From: a virus
Virus record (IMG/VR): IMGVR_UViG_2645727704_000002
Location: 25,773-89,772 of that record
DNA length: 64,000 bases
Direction: 5' to 3' (one strand)
Part shown: piece by piece, positions 62,866 through 64,000 of the stretch
How the letters are laid out: the number at the start of each line of letters is the position of its first letter
Position numbering within the stretch: position 1 is the stretch's first letter
The notes under the pieces: model-generated
Database searches by the model: none
Seen by the model: only the letters and a program-made list of their open reading frames with translations
Told to the model about the DNA's origin: nothing
Position numbers and translations under genes: made by a program

Positions 62866-64000
62866 ATGACAGACGTTTCTTCAATGGAGGCATATGCCGG
62901 CCAGCTTTCTCAAGCGGCGAGAAAGGCGAACTCTGCAGCGGATCTTCAGCATCAGGTAATTCACGGGGATGCGACTACAGACGTGCTTACCGAGTCGGGC
63001 TCGGTTCCTTCGCTAGCGAAGCAGGCGCTAATGACCCAGGCGAAGATTAGTTCCGCCTTGGAAGATGTTGCTGTTCAGATGCGCGGCGCCATGATCTATA
63101 GCTCCGCGGCTCAGGGTATTGCTAACACCACGTCCGGTTCCTACTTCAGCGTACCGTCATCGGACGAAGCGGAATACGTGATCCTCTATAGAAACGATAA
63201 TGGTCTGGCGATAAAAATCAGCACCTACCCGAACGCCCAGGCGGTGAAGGCGGTGAAGCAGCAAGTCGATTCAGCGACCGTTGCCATCGATCAGGTCAGC
63301 AGCCAGATCAAGCCGTTCCCATCCGAGGAAACGGATGTGGTACGCCTGAGGCAGCTGGACACCGAGGGCGGCTTGATCGCGCAGTTGTCAGACAGTGCGC
63401 TGAGAACGATCCCTTTCACGATCCTGGTGGATGCGGGATCGACAGCGATCCTCGACTCTGAAGGCTCCGTGGTGTTACTGGACGAGCCAGGCCGGACAAT
63501 CGTCGGGCCTTTTGAAATGCAGGTCACGGACGCCCCTGGGGTATTCGCCACTGACATCGAGGGCGCGCTGCTCGGGGTTGAAGACGAGGTGGTGGCGCAG
63601 TCGCCTTTCGATGGCGGCCTGCTGTTTTCGCCATTGATTGCCACAAGCCCGGCGATCAGGTCGGTGATCTATCCGCAGAACATCCTCCAGTACCGAGAGC
63701 GGGACACCGCGCTAGTGGCCACCCTGGCCAGCCTCAGCACCACCGCATCCTCAAGCGGTCGGGCAATGTCCGTTGACGCCGAGCGCTACGGACCTGCGGC
63801 CATGCTTGGCCTCAGGCGGCTTGATCTCCCGAGCGATCATCGTTTCATGCCGCTCACCTTGGTCAACGTCCCTGTGCAGGCACAGCCCACGCCGATCAAG
63901 GTCTTGGTGATTGGTGACAGCATCGGCAACCGGCAGGGCGCAACCCTGACCAAGCAGTACCTGGAGGCGCAGGGGTTCAGCGTGACGCTTGTCGGCACCA
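62866..64000 (+). CDS. Tail spike with SGNH domain, 3' truncated by window; missing from ORF track
   Basis: RBS GGAGG; open to window end; YFSV...YRN.NG...TYPN..AVKAVKQQVDSAT and VLVIGDSIGNRQGA match 16604-18445. Confidence 0.82.
   Translation, partial: MTDVSSMEAYAGQLSQAARKANSAADLQHQVIHGDATTDVLTESGSVPSLAKQALMTQAKISSALEDVAVQMRGAMIYSSAAQGIANTTSGSYFSVPSSDEAEYVILYRNDNGLAIKISTYPNAQAVKAVKQQVDSATVAIDQVSSQIKPFPSEETDVVRLRQLDTEGGLIAQLSDSALRTIPFTILVDAGSTAILDSEGSVVLLDEPGRTIVGPFEMQVTDAPGVFATDIEGALLGVEDEVVAQSPFDGGLLFSPLIATSPAIRSVIYPQNILQYRERDTALVATLASLSTTASSSGRAMSVDAERYGPAAMLGLRRLDLPSDHRFMPLTLVNVPVQAQPTPIKVLVIGDSIGNRQGATLTKQYLEAQGFSVTLVGT

Larger units (their letters stand above)
21325..64000. mobile_element. 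Prophage 2 (lambdoid myovirus, HK97-like head plus Mu-like contractile tail); right end lies outside the window
   Basis: int/xis next to att, cI/cro switch, replication genes, Q, terminase, portal, capsid, sheath, tube, baseplate in canonical order. Confidence 0.95.

Noticed and set aside
62814-63050. 78-aa ORF in supplied track
   Set aside because: Out-of-frame overlap with the real spike gene starting at 62866.

Overview
The whole window is prophage DNA, about 60-65% GC by eye, with gene families typical of Pseudomonas (host is an inference). It holds two temperate phages in tandem. Prophage 1 (1-21372, right half only) is a siphovirus-type late region: portal, MuF-like head protein, capsid, Ig-domain tail tube, tape measure, lambda-like tail tip, SGNH tail spike, endolysin and spanins, then an SOS-boxed operon. 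The two phages meet at the 3' half of a tRNA-Cys gene (21325-21372), a hybrid att site with different arm-type repeats on each side. Prophage 2 (21325 to beyond 64000) is a lambdoid myovirus: int/xis, a mosaic early-left arm, a cI/cro switch with six operators, replication genes with iterons, Q, hicAB, an HK97-like head and a Mu-like contractile tail, ending in a second SGNH tail spike related to that of prophage 1. The least explained signals are in the early-left arm of prophage 2. They are a repeat-bounded array carrying two paralogous 65-aa antisense membrane proteins, a low-GC NDT/TIR-like moron, a phage csrA flanked by three covarying hairpins, a strong-RBS Met-Lys-stop minigene and further large RNA stems. 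Family names come from recognising motifs by eye; no database search was run.
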